Of a DNA stretch of 64,000 nucleotides, positions 52,790-64,000 are shown piece by piece. Numbering within the stretch: the first letter of the stretch is position 1; each line of letters opens with the position of its first letter. The stretch spans positions 46,936,001 through 47,000,000 of the forward strand of contig NW_024704742.1 in NCBI RefSeq assembly GCF_018977255.1, read 5' to 3'. A program made the position numbers and the translations under genes. The notes under the pieces were generated by a model that saw nothing but the letters and a program-made list of their open reading frames with translations, made no database searches and had not been told where the DNA came from. This stretch comes from Callorhinchus milii (Eukaryota).

Positions 52790-52990
52790 CTCCCCTCCTT
52801 CAGACACCGATTGTTCCAAGGATGCCAATAGCTCTCCGGTACCTTGCCCAAGCAGCAAGTATTGATAGGCTATTTGACTCGGAGAGGAGGGAGGCATCAC
52901 AACTAAGCCTGATTCTGTCACACACATGCACTTTCAAACAGAGAGAGCAAATTAGTTGAATTTCCTCTCCTTAGTCTAGGGGTGTTGAGC
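52790..52990 (-). mobile_element. Old SINE-like fragment (third family)
   Basis: Colinear with 48850-48960 and 49200-49260. Confidence 0.55.
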
Positions 52991-54093
52991 ATACTGACTT
53001 CCTTTTTATACACTGGAAAAATTTACTTCATTTAATACAATAATTAGCTTGCCTACAAAATGCAACCACTACACTTTACAGTACACCCGTTTAGCACTTT
53101 AAGACATCTTCCTGAAGTGAAAGACGCTATATCAAATGTAAGGATTATTATTATTTAGTTTAGCTCATTGTAATTGTTTTACCTTAAAAATGCCATTTAT
53201 TTTAATTCGAATCAAACACACATTTGTAAGTTGCTGTGAATATTTCATTTGTTGCTCTTTAACATTTGATCCAACGCTCTAGCAAGATTAATCATTAATT
53301 CACTTTATGAGCATGAAAGAGCTGGAAACAGATGCCACTTATGTTGCATCATTACAGGCACACAAACACCTGCAGCATCTTCTGTACTGCCAGTCCATGC
53401 TGAAGATATAGTCAATCAATCAGCATTGTAGGCACTTTATTCACTACATTATTCTACTCGTTTTTCAACACCACCCAGGCTGCAGCTTTCACTTCTACAA
53501 CATTGTGTTGCTGTAAATGTAATCTCACACATACCAAATATACATTTTGTAATCCTAAAATGACATTTAAATGCCTGGTTCTCTCCCATGTGCCTTGAGT
53601 TAATTTCGGAATGCTATATCAAGTGTCAAATGATAATTTATATGTGGTCAGCTGTTCATATTTTTCAAAAGAGTGAAGCATCATTCCTCATGATGAGGCG
53701 CTACATCAAATGCAAGGATTATTATTATATTATTATAAAAGCAAAATAAAAGCCTGGGCTGGATTTTTGACAAATGCAATTTATAAATCCATTGCAAAAG
53801 TCAATACTGTTCTCAATAAATTAATTTCACTAAAGACTGTTTGAAGGGAGATGACATCCTTCTATTTGGAAAAACTCATCGGAATCTTTAGTCTCAATGC
53901 TCAGATGAACAGTCAGAGCCTGAACATTAGCCTAATTTTCTCTTTTAGATGCTGATCCAGTATCCATTTGGGGCATTTTCTCCTTTTTTATTTTAAGTTC
54001 AAAATAAAAGTTGGTTATTTTTGTTTAAGTCAACCGGGTGGCTGACACATGTATATATCCATTACCATTAAGAATATCCAAACTAATCCATAT

Positions 54094-54495
54094 ATAATAA
54101 TAATAAATATAATAATAATCCTTGCATTTAATATAGCGCTTTTCACGTCTTCTCGATGTCTCAAAGCGCTTCACAGAATATGCTGTAAAGTGAATTGTCC
54201 TTTGGATGATACATTAAACCGAGTTCCCGCATGCCTATTCAGTTGAATGTTAAAGATCCCATGGCACTATTCAAAAGTAGAAGGGAGTTTTTGTTCCTGT
54301 GTCTTGACAACAATCCCTAAATAAAATTTGTCATTTGTTTCATTTGCTGTTTGTAGGACAATGTTGGGCACAAACTGGCTTCCTTATTCTCCCAGAAAAT
54401 GCACAGTCACACACTTTACAGTGAATTCTGTGAAATGCTTTGAGGTGGGCTCCTAACATGAAAGGTGCTACATCAAATGTGAGGTTTATTATTGT
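54094..54495. mobile_element. SINE 3' end (minus, 54094-54198) abutting a Deu-SINE 3' half (plus, 54199-54495)
   Basis: (ATA)n-ATCCTTGCATTT...AAGTGAATTG is followed directly by TCCTTTGGATGATACATTAAACCGAG..AAAGATCCCATGGCACTATTC. Confidence 0.85.
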
Positions 54496-54694
54496 TAATA
54501 CCCACACTCCCATCTTTCCATCACAACAACAAGCTACTTTTTAAATGAAAAGTCCTTCATCTCCTCTTCCTGCACTCCATTCTGGGAGAATCCAACCTTA
54601 GATTTCCAACTGCAGATTATCAGGATGCCATCATGGTCTTGTGGTCTTCTGATCAATGAAAACAGTTTTGTGAGGGGTGGGTGGTGTAACATCT

Positions 54695-54825
54695 TGGGGA
54701 GGACAAGTTTGTAGGGCTTTGGGGAGAGAGCGGGGGGTTGGATTGATTTGGATAGCTCTTAAAAGAGCTGACACAGACACGATGGGCTGAATGGCCTCCT
54801 TCTGTGCTGTATGATTCTATGATGA
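54695..54825 (+). mobile_element. CR1 3' end
   Basis: Closely similar to 23765-23903 (GACACGATGGGCTGAATGGCCTCCTTCTGTGC...ATTCTATGAT). Confidence 0.9.
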
Positions 54826-55889
54826 TCTTGTCCAGCCATTCAATGTAATCAATATTAAATTGATCACAAATTTCAAACCTTTATTGATTTTAAACTGTGC
54901 TCAAATTGCATCGTTTTATTTCTGCTTGAAGACTTGCGTGCAAACTCGTTGCCCTGCACCAGCTTGAGTTGAATGAAGCAGTCAGAGTGAAGGGTCTAAA
55001 ATCATTTTAACTACCAGTGATTGAGGAGGTTGCCTGTAGTAAAATGGAAATACAATCAGAATACTTTTGTTAATTAAATGACTTCTGCAGTAACCATCCT
55101 GTGTTCCAGAGCACTTACAATCATTCAACTAAATACAGTATTGAGCAAACAAAGATATGGCAAGTGAATCATCATGCAGATATATGTTCCAAACTACCAT
55201 AGCAACCCAGGAGCTATGTGCAAAATTGATAAACCACTGGAAGAGATGATTAACTCTAGCATCAACTCCTCACACATTTTTAGTGAATGTGGAGAGCAGA
55301 TGGCAGCTGCTATTAGTAGGAGGTTTTATGTTCAATACATTCAGCAATGCAAAATACAACAATATAAACTTAGTGAACTGTTTTTGATTTTGGTAGTGTT
55401 TGGGGAGTTAGAATTATTGATGTTTCATTTACACTCATCCAAATAAAGATCGTCTAAATAAAGCATAATTTAAGTACTAACAGTGCCTTATTCTTGTCAC
55501 ACCGCATTAGCTTTTCATTTTACAGACAAGTGGGCTGAGTAGGAAGCAAGCTCCCCCTAACATACAGTCCAGCCTCGTTTTCCAATCATCATGGTGAAGT
55601 GTTGGACATGGTAAACTCGCTATAATGTCTGACGCTCCCGCAGATTCCTAACTAGCTCAGTCAAACGTTGGGTAGCACCTAGGAACTGTCTTAACAACCA
55701 GACAGCAGGCTGGTCCCATCTGTGTCTCTACTCATACACGTTTTCTGAATGATTTTTTAGAAAAATAGCTTCTATAACTATTATTTATGTGTAGAAATAG
55801 ATTAAACCGTGCTGAATTTTTGATTCTTTGCTTTGCCACTTTTCCGATTCCAAATATAGGATCTCTAATTTAATATCAGATCATTGAAA

Positions 55890-56160
55890 AGTCTCAAGGG
55901 TATACTGTAAAGTGGATTTACTGTGTAATTTGTGGATGAAATGCGGCAGCTAGTTGCACACAGCAGTGTCCCACAAACGTCCATGGAATGAGTGACCAAT
56001 TTTATTTGGGGAACTATTGGCCAGGACATTGGGAGAAACTCCATTCTCTTTTCAAGTAGAATGCCATGGGATCTTTAACCAGGCAGACAGGACTCCACTT
56101 TAATGTCTCAACTGAAGGATAGCACCTCCGACAATGCAACACACCCCAGCACTGCATTGG
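55890..56160 (-). mobile_element. Deu-domain SINE fragment
   Basis: GGCCAGGACA..GCCATGGGATCTTT..AGCACCTCCGACAATGCA is the reverse complement of the Deu motif. Confidence 0.85.
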
Positions 56161-56299
56161 TGATCTGTCCCTTGCTGTTTCACAGTTGTTTTTCTTCTAT
56201 TTAACACTAATGGTAACCAATTTAATTAACCATGGTTGCTTCATACCGACAATACCGCTGCCTTTCAGAGGTTAAATAAGTTTTGGTGTGTACCTCCAA

Positions 56300-56942
56300 T
56301 ATACACACCATAAAATATACATTCAATTCACTTTACAGTATATCAGTATATTCTGTGAAGCATTTTGAGATGTCTCGAAAACGTGATAAGCAGCTATATC
56401 AAATGCAACGATTATTACTATTCCACTGTTTATCTGTTGATTTTCCAATTAACAATTGCTGCCACATTATCTTAGTTAATTCCTTCTTTATCTATTCAAC
56501 ATTCATTTTGCTAAAGTTCACACGGATTGTGAGCTTCCTTTCTCCCCTATTCGATTCTATCATATTATGTTTGGTAATTCAGTGTGTGAAACATTAGGGT
56601 CACAATAATGTCCTGTAATTGAATAGTCTATACTGAAAGAATATTATAATTAAATAATAATAATAATCGTTGCATTTGATATAGCACCTCATCACGTTTT
56701 CGACACGTCTCAAAGAGCTTCACAGAATATACTGTAAAGTGAATTGACTGTATAGCTTGTGGGCGAAACGCAGCAACCAATTGCACACAGTTGATTGAAG
56801 TGACTAATTTTTTAATCAATTATTACCCCCGGAAAAGCAATCCGCCTATCAACTATTAACCAGGTTCCTACTTACTGATAGATAAACAGAGGCGTGTGGA
56901 GTAAGGAAACTTGCCCAACTTTTCACCCTGCTGGGAATTGAA
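56300..56942. mobile_element. SINE 3' fragment (+, 56300-56420) and long-form SINE lacking most of its head (-, 56653-56942)
   Basis: Standard SINE body and tail motifs in both orientations. Confidence 0.85.
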
Positions 56943-56984
56943 ATCCCATTTTAACACTTCTCTATTACATTTGATTATCTTTTA

Positions 56985-57073
56985 TTCCCTTTCCACTGCT
57001 GTAGCTTCGTCCAGTGCCTTAGGACGTCCTCCTGACGTGAAAGGCGCTCTATAAATGCAATCTTGTTGTTGTT
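56985..57073 (+). mobile_element. L2 3' tail
   Basis: CAGTGCCTTAGGACGTCCTCCTGACGTGAAAGGCGCTCTATAAATGCAATC(TTG)n. Confidence 0.9.
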
Positions 57074-57699
57074 GAAGCTTAGTTCTGATTCAGCGTTTTT
57101 TATATGATTCGTATGAAATGTGTCTGAAGCCCTAAATATGTTTTGTAAGTTGTAACTATAATCTTGATTTATTGATTTATTGTGTTGATTATGTAAACCA
57201 TGTGTAAATGCATGTGTACAGTGAGTATTACAGATGCAATATAATGCAAGCAATGAAAATATTTTGTGTCCTGTGTGTAGCAATAAGCATAGCAAACAGG
57301 GCACGGTGCTGCATTGCCAAATCAGTTCAGTTCAGCAGGTCCTCAGAAGTCCTTAAGATGAGGCAGTGGCAGAACCACCCCACACTTTGAGGTCTTCCAA
57401 AACAGACTCAATTACCAGTACTTTTTCGGAAAAACAGGAGAGCAGATATTTTGGAAGGACAAGATTGAACGTCTGATTCACGGGTGTCAGCTTGTGAGAT
57501 GACCACAATACAATAACAGAGCAGTAATATCATTGATATCAATGGTGATTGCAGGTGACACTGAGCCAATTCTGATGAGATGAAGAGCATTTCTTTCTGC
57601 AATCCCATGTCCTCCCTTTGGAACTATATTGTTCTCTTTGAAGTAACAAACATCAGAATTAATCCACCATCAATTTCTAGAGGCCAGGATCAAGCTCTT

Positions 57700-58427
57700 G
57701 TGGAGTCCTGTATTGGTTAGAGCACTCGCTTCACAAAGCAAGAGGACAACAACAACAACAAAATTACATTTATAGAGCGCCTTTCATGTGGGGAGGACAT
57801 CCCAAAGCACTGAACAGTCATGTGTCGGGGCCCGAGCATGGGGGAGGGGTGGTGAAGGGGTGAGGGAAGGCAGAGAGATGGTAGGGAGACCAAAGGCACG
57901 GTCGAAGAGAAGGGCTTTGAGACTGGCCTTGAAGGAGGCAAGGGAGGCAGCGAGGCGAAGGGACCATGGGATGGAGTTCCAGATTGTGGGGCCAGATAGG
58001 CTGAAAGCCCAGCCACCAATGGTAGGGCAGATCAAGGGAGACATGGAGCTGAACGTTGGGAGTGGGCAGGTTGGTAGGGAGTCAGCAGGTCAGAGAGGTA
58101 GGAGGGGCAAGGCCATGGATGGTCTTAAAGGTGAATTTAAAGGTTCGATTCCCAGGTAGGGTGAAACAATAGGTTTCCTTATTCCACACGCCTCTGTTTA
58201 CCTAGCAGTAAGTAGGAACCCGGTTGTTAGTCAATTGGCGGATCACTTTTCCGGGAGTATTAAACCCTTAAAAAAAAAAATTTGGTCACTCAATCCACGA
58301 TTCTTTGTGGGTCACTGCTGTGCGCATTTGGCAGCCATGTTTCGTCCACATAGTACACAGTCAATTTACTTTACGTAACTCAAAGAAGTGATAAGGCGCT
58401 ATATCAAATGCAAGGATTATTATTATT
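57700..58427 (+). mobile_element. Long-form SINE split by an antisense L2 fragment (head 57700-57745, rest 58141-58427)
   Basis: GTGGAGTCCTGTA..GGTTAGAGCACTCGC lies before the insert. GGTTCGATTCCC (B box) and the long-form body lie after it. Confidence 0.9.
57746..58134 (-). mobile_element. L2 3' fragment
   Basis: Minus frame PTIGGWAFSLSGPTIWNSIP..FKASLKALLFDRAF; (TTG)n tail at 57746. Confidence 0.93.
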
Positions 58428-58533
58428 TATTAGCCAGCCTGCGGCTTTCACGATTGCTTAATTTAAACAAGGAAGTAATCTGCATAACTCCAGTGGTAGA
58501 TCAGTTATAGAAATATACATGTGCTGCTCCTAC

Positions 58534-58853
58534 GTGGAGTCCTGTAGCGCATTGGTTAGATCACTTGCCTTGCAAGTGAGACACCTGGGTTCAATTCCAG
58601 GCAGGACGAAACCTTGGGCAAGTTTCCTTACTCCACACGCCTAATAATAATCCCTCCAAAGCAAAACAATAATAAATTGTTCATTTTCAATCCACGACTG
58701 TTTTGGGACACTGCTGTGCGCAATTAGCTACCACATTTTGACCACAAATATACAGTCAATTCACTTTATAGCATATTCTGTGAAGAGCTTTGAGATGTCT
58801 AGAAGATGTGAAAAGTGTTATATCAAATGCAAGGATTATTATTATTATTATTA
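58534..58853 (+). mobile_element. tRNA-Ala SINE short form with older-type tail loop
   Basis: CTCCACACGCCTAATAATAATCCC junction; tail GAGATGTCTAGAAGATGTG. Confidence 0.96.
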
Positions 58854-58934
58854 CTAGAGTTTGTTTTACATGTTTTTCCGAAATATTTCTCAGACTACAA
58901 AATAAGTTGCAATCGTTAAGATTACCCTTCATCC

Positions 58935-59430
58935 TGGATCAGAAGGTTAGGAGTCCAGACTCTACATCGGGACTTTGAACTCCTAGTTTCTCAGCTGAGA
59001 CTCCAATGCAGTGTTGGGGTGTGCTATTTTGTTGGAGGTGCCGTCCTTCAGATAAAACATTAACATAAGGTTTGTCAGCCTATTTAGGTGGACGTAAAAA
59101 AATCACATGGGACTATTCGAAATGAGAAGGAAGATTCTCCTGATGTCCTTGCCTACAATCCCATAGGTAAAATTGATCATTCACTTCATGGCTGTTTATG
59201 GGACATTCCTCTGTGCTAACTGGCTTCCTGTCTTCGCTCAAAAATACACAACAACTTACAGAGTAGAGTCTCAGAGCATTTAACAGTGGTGGAGCTTGAG
59301 GTTGATCTGGGGAAAGGGGGAAAACGATCGGAGAGAAAGTTCTTCAAATTTGATCTAAAGAGGGGCAGAAAACGGGCATGATAAAATTGAGGCAGAGAGT
59401 TCCATAGTTTCAGAGTATACTGGCTGGTAG
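58935..59430. mobile_element. Deu-SINE (+, ~58935-59250) abutting an L2 3' fragment (-, ~59251-59430)
   Basis: GGAGGTGCCGTCCTTCAGAT..AGGTGGACGTAAAAAAATCACATGG. Then CTCAGAGCATTTAACAGTGGTGGAGC matches the L2 end at 28585-28610. Confidence 0.82.
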
Positions 59431-60120
59431 ATTGATATATTTCCTGATTTTCTCTAGTTCCTTATTTTTTATGTTGTAATCACTTGGGATAGTCACATTA
59501 ATAATACTACATGCATAGTCCTATTGATTATTTATGATAATATCTGGTCTGTTTCTTTGATTGTCCTGTCTGTATGTACTTGTGTGCCAGATTATTGTGA
59601 TGTTGTTTCCCGATGTCACTTTTGCTGGTTGACGTTCATACCAGTTGGTCTTTACATCAATATCAAAGTGTTTACAAATTGTCCAGTGAATACAGTATAT
59701 TTAGCTATGTTATTATGTCTAATCAGATACTTTAATTGCACCATTTATTATCATTAATATTATCTGTGAAAGGCTATTGAAAAGATGTGCTTCAACACAA
59801 CGTTTCGATGGAAATATGCATTCCTTCAACCTAGGACTCAATTTCTCCTTCCAGGCCTCTTCGTTGACAGAAAAAGTTCTTGAAAAATATTGGCAGTTAG
59901 TTTCCAACTGGCTAAGATGTGTGGGATACATTCATAAGTATAAATCAATTAAAGCATCTACAAGGTTGGCGTAAATGATTTACATTGACAGCCCAGTGTA
60001 AAAGGAGCTGGTTGAAGAGCAGCAAAAACTGATGTTAATAATATTCAGTCTCAGATTAATGCAATTGAAATATTCAATCAATGAGGCTGAAACTATAAGC
60101 AATCAGAACATTTTCACTTT

Positions 60121-60510
60121 CTTACCTTTCACGTCGGGAGGATGTCTCAAAGCACGTTTCACAGGATATTGACAGTGTATTTTGTGGGTAAATGCAGAGG
60201 CTGATTTGCCTTGATCAATGTCGTACAAATACCCTTGAAGTGAATGACCAATTTTATTTTGGGGGGAATGCTAGTTACAACACCATGAGTAGTGCGAGGG
60301 GATCATTAATATCCACCTGAACATGTGGACAGGACCTTGGTTTAACAACTCATTTGAAGGACGGGCATCAATGACAGTGCCTCACACTGCTGATGCTGCA
60401 GTGTGATCAGCCCAGTCTATGAGTTCAAAGTCATGATGTGGGGCTTGAATTCAATGCAACACAACCTTCTGACTCAGAAGAAACAATGCTACCAATTGAA
60501 TCAGGGTGAC
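60121..60510 (-). mobile_element. Old Deu-domain SINE
   Basis: AACCTTCTGACTCAGAAG..GCTACCAATTGA (head, reverse complement) and TCCACCTGAAC..GGTTTAAC..CATTTGAAGGACGG. Confidence 0.83.
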
Positions 60511-61528
60511 ACACATAATGGCAAAACATCAGAAGTTTAAAGGATTCGGCAAGGTTACAAATATAATTATTCTTGTGCTTCACCTCTTTCTCTGCTGGTT
60601 CAATATTTCGAAAGAAAACAAGAGTAATTTCATTACTTTATTTTATACAAATTTAGGGAGGCACTTACTGGAGGATTTTTATAGCTATTGTAAGTAGGCC
60701 ATTGCAATATTTTCCCTGAGAGCTCCATCAATTTAGTCTTTCTCCACTTCTGCCTCAATAAGGCTAAGTGGTTTGCAGTAACCTCTGGCATGTGTATGAC
60801 GATACATCACCAAGACAGAGAGAAGCGAAGACGTGACATTACTAAGTTAAACCACTGGTATCTGAAAAGATGGTATAGTGTTCCAAAACATGCATGGCTT
60901 TTTTAAATATTAATTTATGCAATTGCTGAATCATCCATTATGTATTTTGCCAGCTATTCTTTTTTAATGTGAATAACAATGACCAATAAAAGGAACGTTT
61001 CAGAAATTTTTTTCCAAGTACGTTAACAGAGAAAACTCACCAGCTAAATTTGAATTGTAATTCAACAGCATAAAGACTGACATGTTGAATCTTATGCCAC
61101 ATTTACTTTAAATTGCTGCCACCAAAGGTGTCCCTGACGTCAGCGGCAGTGTGTAAGATAAATGAGGCAGTGATAATACCTTTCAAGACACTGAGATCCA
61201 ACTGAAGTGATGGTTTCACACTTACCTTTGGAGGCAGCTGAACCTTAGGCAAGAATTTAAATGCTGTCTCCTGTGGCGTCACATTCTGGCCACAGATCTT
61301 CCAGTTTTTGGCCTGAATAACAACAATAACAAATTGTAGTTGTATAGCGCTGTTCATGTCGTGAGGATGTGCCCAAACATCAGGGAATATTTTTCGTCTT
61401 GTCTCCCAAGTGTTATATTTGTCAATAGATAATTTCGCTCCCCCAGGAGTAAAAGAACCTTGATTTTTTTAAATGAAAATAAATTATTTGAGGGAATTAG
61501 CAGGGTTACGCCACCTCACCTCATTCTT

Positions 61529-61852
61529 GTGGAGTCCTGTAGCTCAGTGGTTAGAGCACTCGCTTTGCAAGCGAGAGACCTGAGTTCAATTCCCGGCAGG
61601 TCAGGGCGAAACCTTGGGCAAGTTTCCTTACTCCACACAGAGCCTAATAATAATCCCTCCAAAACCGAAAACAATAATAAATTGGTCATTTTCAATCTAC
61701 GACTGTTTGTGGGACATTGCTGTGCGCAATTGGCTGCCGCGTTCGCCCACAAATATACAGTCAATTCACTTTACAGTGTGTTCTGTGAAGCGCTTTGGGA
61801 CGTCCTCCCGTCGTGAAAAGCGCTATATCAAATGCAAGGATTATTATTATTA
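61529..61852 (+). mobile_element. tRNA-Ala SINE, short (young) form
   Basis: GTAGCTCAGTGGTTAGAGCACTCGCTTTGCAAGCGAGAGACCTGAGTTCAATTCCC with CpGs intact; GGGACGTCCTCCCG tail. Confidence 0.97.
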
Positions 61853-61859
61853 CCTGTTC

Positions 61860-62335
61860 CATCATTGGTGGTTGAGCTTTCAGTCTATCTGTTTCCACTC
61901 TCTGGAAGTTCTGATTTGCCCTTCTGAGGTCCTTCTAACTCACCCCTCCATCACCTCTTTCAAGGTCAGTCTCAAGACTTACCTCTTGATTGAGCCTTTG
62001 GTCATCTTTCCCTCCCCATCTCCATCAGCTCCCATCCACAGTTTGGGCCCAATCTAGGGCTGTCAAGCACCTTTGGGCATCCTCCTGGCATGAATAATAA
62101 TCCCTCAAAAACCAAAAACAATAATAAATTGGTCATTTTCAATCTACGACTGTTTGTGGGACATTGCTGTGCGTAATTGGTTGCCGCGTTCGCCCACAAA
62201 TATACAGTCAATTCACTTTATAGTGTGTTCTGTGAAGCGCTTTGGGACGTCCTCCCAACGTGAAAAGCGCTATATCAAATGCAAGGATTATTATTATTAT
62301 TATGAATGGCACTATAGAAACGTCAATTTCTACTG
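61860..62335 (+). mobile_element. Old L2 3' fragment with a 5'-truncated young SINE (~62096-62301) inserted in its tail
   Basis: Frame SFKVSLKTYL. Tail GGGCATCCTCCTGGCATGAAT|SINE|ATGAATGGCACTATA with apparent TSD ATGAAT. Confidence 0.87.
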
Positions 62336-63559
62336 TAATGTACTGAAGCTGCAAGCACTACTTTATTCTGCCACATTCGCAGTAAGAAATTCTTGTAAAG
62401 GCTGCTCAGCTTACACCAAAAGAAAGGCAGTTTTCCATTCTGCTCACTACTGAACCATTTATTTTATTCAACTTGAGTCTCATACATGTGCTAAGGGCTG
62501 ATGTCACCAAATTTCAAATGTGGACGTCCCACTCTGGGTAGGGGGTAGCATAACACCAGGGTGCACAAGGAACTTACTGCAATGAGGCCTGTTGTGGCAC
62601 AAAATTTGACCTCAGTGATTGTTGAGATACAGAAAGGCTTGGATTAGTTGTACAAATTACTAACAGTGAGTCACAGATCCCCCATAGCTTAATCCATGCT
62701 TCAGCAATTCCTGGTTAAGCAAGTGATGTTTAACTCTGCATTTAATACGCTGTACATAAGAGGCTAAATGCTAGGCAATGATGGCAAAGTTCCAAAGGAA
62801 GGCATAGCAGCATGTGATGCCTTCTGTGTGTTTTCTGTAATTCTTAGCGGATTTTGAGGTGAGGCTGCAGATAGATGCTCTTACATTTCTGTTGCAAACA
62901 TGGAAGTCTGGATTATTACTCTGATCATAATCTCATAAAGGACTCAAAGTTTAGCTCTAATATTTTGATTATGGGACAGAGTAAGCCATCTTCATCCTGC
63001 TCAGTGGTTTGCATGCTTTGGACTGTACTGGGTTTTATTTTAGTAGCAAATTGCTAGACACTTTGTGGTGCATACAGATTTTGTAGGACATTGAGATCAA
63101 CCTTTTTCATCCATCTCACTTGTTACCCTGTGTGTAGCTGAAATGTGACCATAAACTCCATATCATTTTCACCAGATGTAGTGTGACATTTGAGGCATGA
63201 AGCAACAGCATGTTGAGTGATATTGCATTGCCTTGAGATATCCTCCCCAAAATAAATTTACATAAATGTAAATCTGAATTGCATTACGTATCGATATACA
63301 AAGCTATACACCTAAAACATAAGGACGTATGCCTTTTTGGAAACAGAAAAAGGTTATTAGACCCCATAAAGCCAATCCCTTTTCAAAGATCAATCATAGA
63401 ACTTTCAGCACGGAAGACTATTTGGCTTATTGAGTCTATGTCATTGAAGCTATTAGCAAAAATCCTAATTTTCTGCTCTTTCCAAATATCTTTATATATA
63501 GTACCTCTTCAGACACTTATTCAAGTCTCTTTTAAATATTGTTATTGTTATTTACCTTA

Positions 63560-63940
63560 ACACCATAAGCCCTCAATTTCTTCTGTCTCCAGAGACACAT
63601 CTAATCCCCTCTTGAACCTAGTTATACTGTCACTTCAATCCCCTGCTCTGATATCTTATTCTACAATCTAATAATACCTACAATTGAAAATGTTGCTCTT
63701 GATACCCCTTTCTTATTCCTAATTTTCAACCTTTCTGCCCTATATTTGAAACCTTCACCATATAGAACAATTTGCATTGGTCAATTCCTTTCAGAATCTT
63801 GAAAAATGTAATTATATTTCTTTAAATATTTCTCTGTCCCAAAGGAAATCAACCCAATACGCTTTCCCTGTCCTAATAATGTAAATTCACAATACCCAGA
63901 ATCAGTTCCACGTCTTGTGAATCCTGCATTTCTAACCCCA
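63560..63940 (-). mobile_element. Old CR1 3' fragment
   Basis: TCTAATCCCCTCTTGAAC..., CAGAATCTTGAAAAA...CAAAGGAAATCAACCCAAT resemble the reverse complement of the CR1 ORF2 C-terminus. Confidence 0.6.
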
Positions 63941-64000
63941 ATCAGAAGCTTGCAAAGTGCTTCACTCCAGTGAGAGAGTGTGCATCACTTCCAGATATAG

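Noticed and set aside
59790..59835. Possible Penelope/hammerhead motif (minus strand …TTGAAGGA…TCGAAACG)
   Set aside because: The CTGATGA core is absent and the stems could not be built. No intact hammerhead was seen at the CTGATGA sites I inspected.
25196..62453. Recurrent short ORFs with NIQSIHFTV…KRYIKCKDYYYY
   Set aside because: Translations of the SINE body and tail, not a protein family.
1..64000. CRISPR arrays, operons, prokaryotic defence systems, rRNA
   Set aside because: The sequence is vertebrate retroposon-rich DNA. No regularly spaced repeat-spacer array, gene-dense coding or rRNA similarity was seen.

Overview
This is vertebrate genomic DNA, AT-rich and CpG-depleted, dominated by retroposons. 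The repeat spectrum is L2 and CR1 LINEs, a very abundant tRNA-Ala-headed SINE with an L2-type 3' end, and older Deu-domain SINEs. It points to a cartilaginous fish, most likely a chimaera such as Callorhinchus milii; this is inferred from recalled repeat families and was not checked. I found no host protein-coding gene I can support. Every recognisable ORF is a decayed LINE ORF1/ORF2 fragment or a frame running through SINEs, so the window looks intronic or intergenic. I see no evidence of a new protein-based system. The most interesting signals are structural: (1) a graded SINE series whose 3' stem-loop comes to match the best-preserved L2 copy; (2) a ~1.4 kb element with ~225-bp inverted arms enclosing a CpG-rich TATA/splice-donor segment; (3) a clean solo LTR with a target-site duplication (TSD); (4) reciprocal nested insertions among L2, CR1 and SINEs; (5) unclassified old repeat and MITE families; (6) a pre-miRNA-like hairpin. 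Boundaries of old elements are approximate and were set by eye.
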